NCBI GenBank assembly: GCA_965207885.1
Contig: OZ242311.1
Location: 2,560,001 to 2,624,000, forward strand
Source: Candidatus Latescibacterota bacterium
GTDB taxonomy: Bacteria > Latescibacterota > UBA2968
Direction: 5' to 3'
Length of the DNA stretch: 64,000 bases
Every line of letters begins with the position of its first letter. Within the stretch, counting starts at the first letter, position 1. Made by a program: the position numbers and the translations under genes. Of the stretch, positions 20,123 to 30,442 are shown one piece after another. Below the pieces are notes generated by a model, which was not told the DNA's origin, ran no database searches, and worked only from the letters and a program-made list of their open reading frames with translations.

Positions 20123-20339
20123 TCCAGAACTCCACGATATCGTCTTGTTTTTCTCCAATAATCCTTCTGATACGCCTCAAATCCGTACTGCGAAAACCAC
20201 TACTTCTCTGTAATCGGATAGGTTCTATCCAAAATTTTGCGATAGAATCATCTCTTTCCACATGAACATGAATCGGTTCATCCCGGTCACCTGCATAAAA
20301 GAAAAATCGGTAGGGACCGTTTGAAAAAATAGTTGGCAT
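20103..20339 (-). CDS. DUF4160 protein (putative toxin)
   Basis: MPTI...GPYRFFFY..D..EPIHVHV...AKFW. Confidence 0.88.
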   Translation of the reverse strand: MPTIFSNGPYRFFFYAGDRDEPIHVHVERDDSIAKFWIEPIRLQRSSGFRSTDLRRIRRIIGEKQDDIVEFWNEYFND

Positions 20340-20459
20340 GTACGTATATCATTGTTTTACAATGAAATGGAATCAAATAACAATTTTCAATGAAATATGA
20401 AAATTGTCAAGGGAAATGTATTCAGCGGGCTGAACAACCAAAGGAAGTAAAGGGGTAAT

Positions 20460-21725
20460 TCAGGCCTCTGCCAACTCTAATTCACTCTCAAACGCTGTCA
20501 GGGATGCCTGCATTTCACTTGCCAATGCCCTTGAGTTGGACGCTTCTGTTAGGTTCCTGGTTTCCCAGGGATCCGCTTCCATATCGAAAAGCTGGATTAC
20601 TGGGTCGTCCTCATAGGTAATGAGCTTATGTGTGTTGGTGCGGAGCATCTTACCGCCTCCGGTGGCGTGTGCTACCACAAAATCCCGCCAATCTGGATTT
20701 TTACCTTCAGCAATCGCACGCAGGCTGTATCCCCGCATCATGGGAGGTGGCGAGATCCCGGCATAATCACAAACTGTCGGAAAAACATCCACGCCCGATA
20801 CGAGATGCTCGTGGTCGATCACCTGTTCCTCGATGTGACCGGGCCAGCTCATGATAAAGGGTACCCGCGCGGCCTCATCGTATAGAAAGCTCTTAAAGAC
20901 CATCTTGTGCCGAAGATGCCCATCCCCATGGTCGGACGTAAGGATTATGACTGTATTGTCCTTAAATGCTGAGTTCTCGAGCGCGTCCATGATCAGGCCG
21001 ATCTGTCCATCCACCTTTTCAATGTAGCGGTAGTAGGTCCAAATATAGTACCGGTAGAGTTTCTCTTCCCACTTTTCCATACCCGATTCTTCGCCTCGAT
21101 CTACCATTTTCTGATTCCGGGAGTTCCTGATTCTTTCCGGCTCCGCCATGTCTGTCTCGAAATTGGGGGGTAGCGGGGGAAGATCGTCAATCTCGGGGAA
21201 CGGCATCTCCCCGTCGTGCATCGTATGCGTCAGTACGAAAGAGCAGATATCGTGCGGATTCAAGAGTCCGACTGACAGGAAGAAGGGTTCTTTCTTCTGG
21301 TAGTTCTGGAGAAACCCGATCGCACTGCGGGTCGAAGCAATGTCTCCGGTCTCAGCCGTATTCCGCGGATCGAGGCAGATATGGTGGAAACTCTGTGCGA
21401 CATCTCTGCCGGGAATATGCCATTTCCCGCTGTAGTAGGCGTTGTAACCATTTTTGTTCAGCCATTGTCCCAGGTCCGGCATGGATGGAACCATGTTGGC
21501 ACCGTTAGTTACTACTCCGTTTTCGGGTGTGTGGCGCCCGGTAAACCAACTCGCACGCGCTGGACAGCAGACTGGATTGGCGCTATAGGATTTTGCAAAG
21601 CTGATTCCCCTTGCTGCAAGTCGGTCCATACCGGGTGTCTTCACGTCATTGCACCCCAGATGTCCAAGGGCTTCCGCGCTGTGCTGGTCGGTTGTAATCA
21701 GAAGGATATTTGGTCTCTGTTCCAT
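20460..21725 (-). CDS. Sulfatase (S1, Cys-type)
   Basis: PNILLITTDQ, CCPARASWFTG, GKWH, SDHGD. Confidence 0.92.
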   Translation of the reverse strand: MEQRPNILLITTDQHSAEALGHLGCNDVKTPGMDRLAARGISFAKSYSANPVCCPARASWFTGRHTPENGVVTNGANMVPSMPDLGQWLNKNGYNAYYSGKWHIPGRDVAQSFHHICLDPRNTAETGDIASTRSAIGFLQNYQKKEPFFLSVGLLNPHDICSFVLTHTMHDGEMPFPEIDDLPPLPPNFETDMAEPERIRNSRNQKMVDRGEESGMEKWEEKLYRYYIWTYYRYIEKVDGQIGLIMDALENSAFKDNTVIILTSDHGDGHLRHKMVFKSFLYDEAARVPFIMSWPGHIEEQVIDHEHLVSGVDVFPTVCDYAGISPPPMMRGYSLRAIAEGKNPDWRDFVVAHATGGGKMLRTNTHKLITYEDDPVIQLFDMEADPWETRNLTEASNSRALASEMQASLTAFESELELAEA

Positions 21726-21728
21726 CGC

Positions 21729-22454
21729 TTATGACCCCTCTTTCTTGAGGATCACTGTCCGACGCGTACTCACCACGAGAAATAATCTTCCATTCGCATC
21801 TACATAATAACAAGTGGGAATAACGGATTCTCCGTAGTGGCAATACACATCTGCAGTCACAGCACTTTGATCTGTTGTGATCTTCGATGTCCCGCGATAA
21901 ATTAGAAACTGATTTTCCCGGATCATTGAGAATTCTTCTATCAGGTCAAATGCGTGCTTTGTAGTGTCCTTTCTCACGGCCAGACGCTGGACTGCGTCAA
22001 AAAGACACCAGTCGGCGGTATAGAGCCCAAGCGTTTTTGAGCGCGCAGGCTCTTTGCCATCCATCAAAAGCCGACTATTTTGGATTTCCCCTTTCTGGGT
22101 GTATCCAACCAGTCCTTTTCCCGCCGGGCTTCCGTTGGAATACTTTAGCGTCCAGACCGTTGGAGATGTGAGTGCGTTGTTCTCGCATTGTGCATTAATT
22201 TTTGTCGTGTTATCGAACTTCAGGTCTGAGCAGGTGATGTCCAAATGACGGTTTTTACCTTCATGCCTGGCGGAAATCCTGAGCGTAGCCTCAGGCTCGT
22301 GAGACCTGCTCCCTCGCGTCGTCCGAATGTTCATCCAGTAGATGTCGTATGTCTGCTCTCCCGGCGCCTCCGGATCAAAGGCTCCGGCGGGCAAACCGTA
22401 TTTGTTCAACACCTTCTTTGTATGGATATATTCCCATGGCTCAGCCATTTTCAC
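21729..22454 (-). CDS. Hypothetical protein
   Basis: 241-aa ORF with RBS AAGGAG, fills the gap in the array orientation. Confidence 0.7.
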   Translation of the reverse strand: MKMAEPWEYIHTKKVLNKYGLPAGAFDPEAPGEQTYDIYWMNIRTTRGSRSHEPEATLRISARHEGKNRHLDITCSDLKFDNTTKINAQCENNALTSPTVWTLKYSNGSPAGKGLVGYTQKGEIQNSRLLMDGKEPARSKTLGLYTADWCLFDAVQRLAVRKDTTKHAFDLIEEFSMIRENQFLIYRGTSKITTDQSAVTADVYCHYGESVIPTCYYVDANGRLFLVVSTRRTVILKKEGS

Positions 22455-22478
22455 GCTCCTTTCCGAGAAAGGCTCTCG

Positions 22479-22589
22479 ATGAACGACATGCAGATTCTAC
22501 GACATACTGAGGGGAAGAGCAAGCATCATCTGGTATGGATTTCGAAAGAGGGGCGGAAAATGCTCTATAACCCACTTCGCCGAGCTTGA
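22479..22589 (+). pseudogene. tnpA: IS200/IS605 tnpA (Y1 transposase) 5' remnant
   Basis: MNDMQILRHTEGKSKHHLVWISKEGRKMLYNPLRR resembles the TnpA N-terminus (L.HT.W.CKYHLVW.PKYRRK.LY). Confidence 0.55.
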
Positions 22590-22661
22590 CCCACAAAGGC
22601 GAAGTCGCTATTGTATTGGGTCACGAATAGTGCTGCAGGAGCGACTGATGGAGGGCCGACG

Positions 22662-23981
22662 ATGTCGAATGAAAAACCGAATGTGCTGGTGATTCAGCCC
22701 GACCAGCACCGCGGAACGGTGATGGGTTGTGCAGGTGACTCGCAGGTGAAAACGCCGAATCTGGACCGCCTTGCGTCGGCGGGGATACGGTTCTCGCACT
22801 GCGCCTCGTCCAGCCCTGTGTGTTCCCCGTTTCGGGGGACGATGCAGACCGGATTGTATTGCCATACCCACGGCGTGGATGTGAACAATATTCTGCTGAA
22901 TCCCGAGCTGATCACGTTCGCCGATCTGTTTGCGGATACTGGATATGCCACAGGCTATATCGGAAAGTGGCATCTGGATGGGTTTAAGCCCAGGGGATGG
23001 GGTGGATTTATTGAGCCTGGTCCCAGGCGAGCGGGATGGCGGGAATGGCACGGGTACCAGAAGGGGCACGAGTTTTTTGAAGTCTGGGACTACAACGAGA
23101 ATCGCGAGAGGGTGCGGATCAAAGGCTACGACTGGGAGCCGACATGGCATACGGATATGGCTCTGGACTTTGTAAAACGAAATCGCGACGCGGGTCGTCC
23201 CTGGCTCTACTATTTGGGATATGGCCCGCCGCACCAGCCCGAACAGTGCCCGCAGAAGTACCTGGATATGTACGATCCAGATATCTTTGAACTGCCAGAC
23301 GACGTGAAGGGACGGTTCGGAGATCGGGAACGCGAGCTTCGGCGGCTTTATCGAATGTATTACGCTCAGGTAACAGCAGTGGATGTAGAGATTGGACGTG
23401 TGATGGCTGGCCTGGAGGAATTGGGAATCGGAGATAATACGATTGTGGTCTATGTAAGCGATCACGGCGACAAGCTGGGCAGTCACTGCGAACCCGATGA
23501 CCGCAACTTTCGTGGTAAGGGAAGTCCTTTTGCGACCGCGTTTCGCATCCCGTTCATCGTGCATTGGCCCGATCACATCAAACCAAATCAGGTGTGTGAC
23601 GCGCTGGTGAGTAGCGTGGATCTCACGCCCACGATTTTGGACCTGGCGGGATTGGGGATTCCCGATGTGATGCAGGGCGACAGTATGGCGAACTGGTGTC
23701 TGGAGGGGAAAGGCGTGAAGAACGACTGTGTATATATGGGACTCCGCGGCGCGACCCAGCCCGATGGATGGCGTGCCGTATGGGATGGCCGTTACGTGTT
23801 TTCACCAGGAATTCACAATGTCCTGTATGACCACGAATCCGATCCGTTGGAGATGGAAAATCTCATTGACGCGCCACAGATTTCAGAAGAGAAGAAGCGG
23901 TTAGCAGGGCTACTCGTACAGATGGCCGAGAAGACAGAAGATCCGATGCTGCAGGAGGTGAAGGGTCTTTGCGATGTGTGA
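22662..23981 (+). CDS. Sulfatase (S1, Cys-type)
   Basis: PNVLVIQPDQ, CSPFRGTMQTG, GKWHL, SDHGD. Confidence 0.92.
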   Translation: MSNEKPNVLVIQPDQHRGTVMGCAGDSQVKTPNLDRLASAGIRFSHCASSSPVCSPFRGTMQTGLYCHTHGVDVNNILLNPELITFADLFADTGYATGYIGKWHLDGFKPRGWGGFIEPGPRRAGWREWHGYQKGHEFFEVWDYNENRERVRIKGYDWEPTWHTDMALDFVKRNRDAGRPWLYYLGYGPPHQPEQCPQKYLDMYDPDIFELPDDVKGRFGDRERELRRLYRMYYAQVTAVDVEIGRVMAGLEELGIGDNTIVVYVSDHGDKLGSHCEPDDRNFRGKGSPFATAFRIPFIVHWPDHIKPNQVCDALVSSVDLTPTILDLAGLGIPDVMQGDSMANWCLEGKGVKNDCVYMGLRGATQPDGWRAVWDGRYVFSPGIHNVLYDHESDPLEMENLIDAPQISEEKKRLAGLLVQMAEKTEDPMLQEVKGLCDV

Positions 23982-25280
23982 TCATCCCTGACCGTCATCG
24001 CGGCCATGCGCACGCTCCCACGCCTTCACCCGTTCAAACAATACGCCCACGCGCTCTTGACATCTTGCATCCTCAATCCGATTATAAAACTCCTTCGGAT
24101 CCTTCGATAGATCAAAATACTCTCCTGCTTCACTCTGATATACATTCAACTTTTCCGTCTCCGTCCGAATCATCTGGGTATCACCAATCTGACTGAATAC
24201 CGCATCCCGCCAATCATCAGGGGGCGGCTCTCCATCCAGCAATGGTTTCAACGACTGTCCGTGTACAGAGTCGGGAACCTCAGCTCCAATCAAATCACAA
24301 ATCGTCGGAAATAAATCAATGTGTTCTACCAGTTCATCCCGCACGCCCGATCGAATTCTGGGATCAGAAATCAACAACGGCACATGCACCGAAGCCTCTC
24401 GCATATTAAACTTCAAAAACATCTCATGCTCCCACATCTGGTCGCCGTGATCTGCCGTCCAGATCACAATCGTCTCGTCCCTGATCCCCAACCGATCCAG
24501 CGCATCTAAAACCATCCCACAATACCCATCCACAAGTTCAATCATCCCATAATATCCCGCAATAACCTGCCGCAGTTCCACGGGTGTCAGATGCGCCCAT
24601 TCTTTCCGTTTTTTCAAAATATCACTGTGAGGCAAGGGCGCATCAGCAGGTGCTTGTTCTGGTAATTCGATCTTTGACTGATCGATCTTTTCATAAATTT
24701 CTTTGGGCGGATAAAACGGGGGATGAGGCTCGGTAAAACTCGTCCAGGACAAAAACTTCTCTCCTTTACTGACGGCTTCTTCAATCTGCCGAATCGACTC
24801 TGTCGCCACATGATATCCCCAATGCTGTTCTCGACTTCGCGGACTTGGCCCGCCAGATGACCTCCGCAATACACCCTCATTTTCCCAATCGTATCGGGCC
24901 AGCATATTCTCAGGCATTGTCTCGCGCCACATCTGTTGTGTAATTTCTGGCTCATAGCCATTGTCCATATCGGGATCTTTCCAGTGCATATGGCCCAGAT
25001 GAAAACGGCGATAATTCAGGGGTTGCACGGCGTGTGCGATCGTGTACATCCCCGGATAAGGCATTGAATTATTGGTAAAGACGCCATGTGTATGGACATA
25101 TTTGCCGGTTGCCAAACTGTGCCGCGCTGGCGAACACACAGGCGACTGTGTATAACACTGGTCAAATCGCACACTCTTTTCGGCCAGACGATCCAGATTG
25201 GGCGTATGAGCCAGTGGATTCCCCAGGCACCCCAATGCGCCAAATCTGTGATGATCGCTCATCAAAACAAGCACATTCAT
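23982..25280 (-). CDS. Sulfatase (S1, Cys-type)
   Basis: CSPARHSLATG, PHPP, ADHGD. Confidence 0.92.
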   Translation of the reverse strand: MNVLVLMSDHHRFGALGCLGNPLAHTPNLDRLAEKSVRFDQCYTQSPVCSPARHSLATGKYVHTHGVFTNNSMPYPGMYTIAHAVQPLNYRRFHLGHMHWKDPDMDNGYEPEITQQMWRETMPENMLARYDWENEGVLRRSSGGPSPRSREQHWGYHVATESIRQIEEAVSKGEKFLSWTSFTEPHPPFYPPKEIYEKIDQSKIELPEQAPADAPLPHSDILKKRKEWAHLTPVELRQVIAGYYGMIELVDGYCGMVLDALDRLGIRDETIVIWTADHGDQMWEHEMFLKFNMREASVHVPLLISDPRIRSGVRDELVEHIDLFPTICDLIGAEVPDSVHGQSLKPLLDGEPPPDDWRDAVFSQIGDTQMIRTETEKLNVYQSEAGEYFDLSKDPKEFYNRIEDARCQERVGVLFERVKAWERAHGRDDGQG

Positions 25281-25298
25281 CGATAAATCTCCTTTCAA

Positions 25299-26546
25299 TC
25301 AACTCCTCGTTCGATTTCTCCATTGGTTAAGCGCGAGGAGCATGCTGTCTCTGGTTTCGGAGTTCAGACTCTGAGCCAGGTTGTTGCGTTCATACGGGTC
25401 GTCCGCCAGATTAAAGCAATGCGTAATGTCATTATCGTTCCGCTTCGTAATTAGCTTTACGTCGCCCCTGATAACACAATCATCTTTGTGCTCGATAAAG
25501 ACATCGGTTGAGGTATCTGGCTCTCCTGTCATGCAGGGCAGTAGAGAGCGTCCTTCAGTTTCTCCTGGATTTTCAGCATCGGCCAGATGGAGAATTGTGG
25601 CGAATAGATCTACGGTAGATACTGGTTTCTCAACAACACATTGTGCTGTTCTGGGTACGCGGATGAGCAGGGGCACGCGAACAGACTCATCGAACATAAC
25701 GCCTTTTCCGAACAGGCCATGACAACCGGCCATATCGCCATGGTCAGATGTGAAGATGACGACAGTATCATTTGCCAGTCCAGTCTTTTCCAGTGTTTTT
25801 AATACGCGGCCCAACGCGGTGTCCAACTGAGAAATTTCCCCAAAGTACCGCTTCCTGAATTCTTCAACACCGTAGTCCGCATTCCAACCCCTGTTCTTGA
25901 ACCAGGCGTCGCGGTCTGTATTAGGCGGACCATCCAGTACGGATTTGTCATATCGATGCATGTCGGCCATCGGAGGCGAACAGGGAGGGTGGGGCGCTTG
26001 ATACGATACGGCCAGGAAGAATGGGGATTTCGGGGATGATAGCGATTCCAGTTCCTCGCAGACAATATCTGTCAAGCCATCGGTTTCGTGCCCACGAAGC
26101 TTTACGGGGGTGTCGGGATCATCGTACCAGATCAGTCCGGCGTTGTGATCTACATGGTGGCTTTCCCACCCAATGAAGTGCTGAAAGCCTCCCCGCAGTT
26201 CTGGCGGGACCCATCCATTCTGTTTTTCACCACTCAAATGCCATTTCCCGATATAGTGCGTGTCATAACCCGCCCGGTTCAGATGATGGGCAATGGTCGG
26301 CTGATTCTCGGGGAGGCGCATACCATTCCCTGTGACGCCGGTCTGGCTCGGGTATTGACCGGTTAATAGACAAGCCCTGTATGGGGTGCACAGCGGTACA
26401 TTCGTATAAGCGCGATTGAATTGCGCGTTTTGTGCGGCGAATTGTGATAGGTTGGGGGAATGAATTAGATGATTCCCATAGAACGGCAACCATCTGGCGC
26501 TAAGCTGGTCGGGAAAAATGAACAGGATGTTTGGTCTGTGTATCAT
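25299..26546 (-). CDS. Sulfatase (S1, Cys-type)
   Basis: CTPYRACLLTG, GKWHL, SDHGD. Confidence 0.92.
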   Translation of the reverse strand: MIHRPNILFIFPDQLSARWLPFYGNHLIHSPNLSQFAAQNAQFNRAYTNVPLCTPYRACLLTGQYPSQTGVTGNGMRLPENQPTIAHHLNRAGYDTHYIGKWHLSGEKQNGWVPPELRGGFQHFIGWESHHVDHNAGLIWYDDPDTPVKLRGHETDGLTDIVCEELESLSSPKSPFFLAVSYQAPHPPCSPPMADMHRYDKSVLDGPPNTDRDAWFKNRGWNADYGVEEFRKRYFGEISQLDTALGRVLKTLEKTGLANDTVVIFTSDHGDMAGCHGLFGKGVMFDESVRVPLLIRVPRTAQCVVEKPVSTVDLFATILHLADAENPGETEGRSLLPCMTGEPDTSTDVFIEHKDDCVIRGDVKLITKRNDNDITHCFNLADDPYERNNLAQSLNSETRDSMLLALNQWRNRTRS

Positions 26547-26578
26547 GTATTCGGGGTGGGGGAGCGATTGATTCTTTT

Positions 26579-29041
26579 TTAGTTGCTTTTGAAAGGGTCG
26601 CTCAAAACAACGAGGGTGATAAGATCGCGCAGGCCCTTATTTTTTTCCTGTACATCTCGAACGATTGCATCAATCCCCGGTCGATCAGTAATTCCCAACT
26701 CGCGACCAATCGCATAGGTCAACAATTTTTCTGTCAGACAACGCGTGAATTCTGCGTGACGCTTTGCCATTAACTTGCGAAATTCGACGAAGGATTGAAA
26801 GGTCTCTCCACTCGGCAATTGTCCCGAGGGATCAATCGCTGCGCTTCTGGTATAGTGGGTTCGCCAGCCGCCGATCGCGTCAAAGTTTTCCAGCGCGAAA
26901 CCAGGGGGATCGATTTTGTTATGGCATTGGGCGCAGGTCGGCATCTCGCGGTGCTTGACCAGTTGATCTCTGACAGTCGTTGCGCCGCGCGTGTCTGGCT
27001 CAATTTCGGGCACATCGTCTGGCGGTGGCGGCGGTGTGTATCCCAGCACATTTTCCAGCACATAAATCCCGCGCACCACGGGCGAAGTATCTACGCCATT
27101 GGCTGAAGCCATGAGGAAACTGCCCTGGCCCATCAAACCACCGCGTGGTGTCCCGGTGAGCGAAATCCGGCGGAAATGATCGCCTTCAATACCTTCTATC
27201 CCATAATGCCGGGCGAGTTCTCGATTGAGAAAGGAATAATCAGCAGAGAGAAATTCGCGAGGCGAGAGATTGTTGTCGAGTACGTGCCGGAAAAACGTCT
27301 CTGTTTCAGTCACCATAGCAGGGCCGAGGTTGTCGCGAAAATAGACTCTAAAATCCGGGGACGGTGGCATCTCTCCAATATTGTCATAGTGGAGCCACAC
27401 GCGAATGAAATTTTTAACAAAGCGGTGCGATTTTGTGTCTTTGAGCATGCGATGGATCTGCTTACTGAGCGTGGCCGGGTCGCTTAGTTTTTTCTTTTGA
27501 GCAAGTGCTATCAGTTCATCATCTGGTGCAGAAGACCACAGAAAATAGGATAATCGAGCCGCCAGAGAATAATCATCCAGAGCACCCTCGCCTTCATGCA
27601 AAAACAGAAACGCAGGCGAACTGAGAATGGTCTGAAAACCCAGCTGTAATGCGGTTAACGGCTCCATGCCATTGCGGAGTTTTTCATGCGCAAGCGATTC
27701 AAATGGTGCCAGTTCTCCGGGCCGCAAGGGCCTGCGAAAAGCGGTTGTGGCAAATGCACGCAGACGCTCCGAAATACGCTTCTGGTCCAGATCCTCAGGT
27801 TTTAGGTCGCCATACATCAACTGATGTCCGCGTGGAGGCCAGTCTTTCTCTTGAGGACCACTAACCTGAATTTCCCAAACCCTTAGCTTAGGCCCGCGGT
27901 AAACCTTTAGCAGCGCGTGATTTCTTTTATTTCCCGCTTTCTGATCCACGAAGGGCAGGATTTCGGGTTTTGGATTTTTTGCCTTAGTAAGTTTGCGAAC
28001 CAGGGCTTTGGTTGCCAGCGTTCCATTGCGGAAACGAACCTCAGGCTCAAATCCTTTTTCCAGATAGACATCCCATTCAAACCACTGAGGCTCTTCACGG
28101 GTCAGTTCAACAGTTGCAAGCGTGTATTCGCGAGTAATATTGCCCGTGCTCACTACACTGCCTTTGCGATCTACAGCCGCTAACTCCAGCACAAGCGGGT
28201 CGCCTGTGGGAAAATCGTTGAGTTCTCTGTCATAATGGTGATTGCGATCAATTGCTGCCGCCTGTACCCTTATGGTGTAGGTACCACTGACAGGGGCGCC
28301 ACCATTCGCCAGCGGGTAAAAGCCAATATGACCACCGCGGTAGTGACGTCCAGTGAGATCATCGTATCCCGTATCGGATACAAACCGAAAGCGATCCTCT
28401 CTAAAAACCTTGGGCAAGGACAAGGAATTGGCCTGTTTGTTTGTAAAATAGAAGGGTGATTCTTGCACGTAATTTTGGGCTTCGGGTTTGGCTTCAAAAT
28501 GCGTGGCACGTGTGACGGCTTCTTCAGCAACACGCAAATAGTGATCGAGCAACATGCCCGACGTGACAAGCCCGGCAGCATTGTTATCAAAGCCCTTGAC
28601 CTTCACTTCGGGCGGAAAATCTTCCGTTGGATCCCAGGCCTCCATATTCAGACCGAGTAAATCGCCGAGTGTCTGGCGATATTCCCAGGCGTTGAGCCGC
28701 CTCAAAGGTGTGTGCTGTCCTTTGCCCGACAATCGCATACGCGCTTCAGCAATTGATGCTGTAATCACCTGAACAGTGGCGAGTACCTCATCTTTACCCG
28801 GCTGCATCTGGCGCTTTGGTGGCATCAACTGCAGGTTGAGCTGATCGACAATATCCTGCCAGAGTTCTAATTCTTTGAAATCGGCAATTGTCTCGGAAAA
28901 CTGATCAAAGCGCCGATCGGCTTTTTGCACGCTTGAACCGTGACATTTGACACAATATTGTGTGAGAAATGCCCTGGGCAGTTCTGCCCAGACAGAATGG
29001 GCGAATAGGGTGGAGACAATGACCATCAAAATCCGTTTCAT
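26579..29041 (-). CDS. DUF1592/DUF1588/DUF1585/DUF1587/DUF1595 (PSD) planctomycete cytochrome c-like protein
   Basis: Signal peptide, CVKCH, LRRLN..EY..T, RLSYFLWSS.PD, TSPVVRG, CAQCH. Confidence 0.88.
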   Translation of the reverse strand: MKRILMVIVSTLFAHSVWAELPRAFLTQYCVKCHGSSVQKADRRFDQFSETIADFKELELWQDIVDQLNLQLMPPKRQMQPGKDEVLATVQVITASIAEARMRLSGKGQHTPLRRLNAWEYRQTLGDLLGLNMEAWDPTEDFPPEVKVKGFDNNAAGLVTSGMLLDHYLRVAEEAVTRATHFEAKPEAQNYVQESPFYFTNKQANSLSLPKVFREDRFRFVSDTGYDDLTGRHYRGGHIGFYPLANGGAPVSGTYTIRVQAAAIDRNHHYDRELNDFPTGDPLVLELAAVDRKGSVVSTGNITREYTLATVELTREEPQWFEWDVYLEKGFEPEVRFRNGTLATKALVRKLTKAKNPKPEILPFVDQKAGNKRNHALLKVYRGPKLRVWEIQVSGPQEKDWPPRGHQLMYGDLKPEDLDQKRISERLRAFATTAFRRPLRPGELAPFESLAHEKLRNGMEPLTALQLGFQTILSSPAFLFLHEGEGALDDYSLAARLSYFLWSSAPDDELIALAQKKKLSDPATLSKQIHRMLKDTKSHRFVKNFIRVWLHYDNIGEMPPSPDFRVYFRDNLGPAMVTETETFFRHVLDNNLSPREFLSADYSFLNRELARHYGIEGIEGDHFRRISLTGTPRGGLMGQGSFLMASANGVDTSPVVRGIYVLENVLGYTPPPPPDDVPEIEPDTRGATTVRDQLVKHREMPTCAQCHNKIDPPGFALENFDAIGGWRTHYTRSAAIDPSGQLPSGETFQSFVEFRKLMAKRHAEFTRCLTEKLLTYAIGRELGITDRPGIDAIVRDVQEKNKGLRDLITLVVLSDPFKSN

Positions 29042-30291
29042 GAAATCTCCATCGCAGAAAAGGTCCCTGTGCTTTTGCCAAAGCTATCTCGTTCTACACC
29101 AAACCACTGCAAGGCGGAGAGCCAGAGATTTGACAGTGGGATCCGCTTGTGTGCTTCAGCAGGACACACGAGATGCCCCTGATGTTTCAAACCGCCTCCA
29201 GCGAGAATCACCGGCAAATTCCTGTTGGAATGCCTGGAGCCATCGCCCATGCCACTTCCCAGAACGACCAGCGTGTCGTCAAACACCTTTGCTTCTTTGA
29301 GGCGATCCAGAAACCGACCAAACTGAGTCAACAAATATTTTTCCACAATCTGCAGGTCTTTCAATCGCCCCTCGTCCTTGCCGTGATGCGAAAGGCCGTG
29401 ATATCCGCCAAGGTTGAGTTCGGATGTCTTAAAGCCCATGGGGATTTCAAAGGTTATGACCCGTGTCGAGTCTGTCTGTAATGCCAGTGTTAGCAGATCA
29501 TAAAAAAGCGGCATTTCCTCAATTTGCATCCGTTCGAGGTCTTCCACGGGTTCGATTGGAGATTCTGGCTTGGGTTTGTCGAGCCATTCGCGCGACATTT
29601 GCAAACGACGCTCGACATCGCGCACCGAAGTCAGGTATTGATCGAGCTTTCCGCGATCCGCCGCATTCAACTGTCCATCGAGTGTTTTTGCCGACGCGAG
29701 TAAGGCGTCGAGCACACTGCCCCGATTTGATAGCGTACGACGCTCTGCGTTTCGCATAGCCTCATCATTCTGTACAAACAAAGCCTGAAAAATGCGGGCG
29801 GGATTGTTAATCGGTGCCACATTTACGCCAGACCGCGTCCATACCATGTCTGTCCCCCCGCCCAGTCCTGCAGTAATTGAGGGAAAGCGCGTTGTACTGC
29901 CCACGTGCTCAGCCGCGACCTGGTCCAGCGTCATATTCTTTTCGGGAAAACCTGCGGCTTCTTCCTTGCGTATGCTGCTCAGAAATACATGTACGCCGGA
30001 GTGTCCACCGCCCGTACCGTGATCGAGATTTGAAAAGATAGTAAAATCATTTCGGTGTGAATCGATATACTTCAGCGTCAGGCTCGTCTCATAGTCCTTG
30101 CCGGACTGCTCGGGAAAAAATCCGCCCGGCCAAAATCCCAGATGATTGCCCACGCAGACCAGGCGCCTCGGATTTGCCGCACCGTACACCATGCTGCTTT
30201 CTAAGAAGGGCAAAGATAGTGCTATGCCTGTGCCCTGTAAAAAGTGCCGACGATTAACCCTCGCTTGCAAAAGTTCAGAAATGACGTTCAT
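29038..30291 (-). CDS. DUF1552 (HXXSHH) protein
   Basis: Tat-like RRHFL, YHGLSHH; canonical partner of DUF1592. Confidence 0.88.
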   Translation of the reverse strand: MNVISELLQARVNRRHFLQGTGIALSLPFLESSMVYGAANPRRLVCVGNHLGFWPGGFFPEQSGKDYETSLTLKYIDSHRNDFTIFSNLDHGTGGGHSGVHVFLSSIRKEEAAGFPEKNMTLDQVAAEHVGSTTRFPSITAGLGGGTDMVWTRSGVNVAPINNPARIFQALFVQNDEAMRNAERRTLSNRGSVLDALLASAKTLDGQLNAADRGKLDQYLTSVRDVERRLQMSREWLDKPKPESPIEPVEDLERMQIEEMPLFYDLLTLALQTDSTRVITFEIPMGFKTSELNLGGYHGLSHHGKDEGRLKDLQIVEKYLLTQFGRFLDRLKEAKVFDDTLVVLGSGMGDGSRHSNRNLPVILAGGGLKHQGHLVCPAEAHKRIPLSNLWLSALQWFGVERDSFGKSTGTFSAMEIS

Positions 30292-30351
30292 GCCTTATCC
30301 TCTTCTATATAGGTTAAAATCTCTACGCCAAAATCTGTTCTAATATAGCAG

Positions 30352-30381
30352 GTAATCAAATCTTTTGTCAAGCCAACGATT
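30352..30381 (-). promoter_or_regulatory. sigma70-like promoter for the DUF1552-DUF1592 operon
   Basis: TTGACA-N18-TATATT on the minus strand. Confidence 0.5.
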
Positions 30382-30442
30382 GGTGTTTCTGCCTTGCGAT
30401 TCACTGGATTGATTTAGAGATGTGACATCATTGGATAGGGGG

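Noticed and set aside
22608-23576. 322-aa minus-strand ORF (and similar long ORFs at 44375-45076, 54919-55761, 55712-56602, 31323-31967)
   Set aside because: Antisense or alternate-frame shadows of well-supported genes, with no motifs
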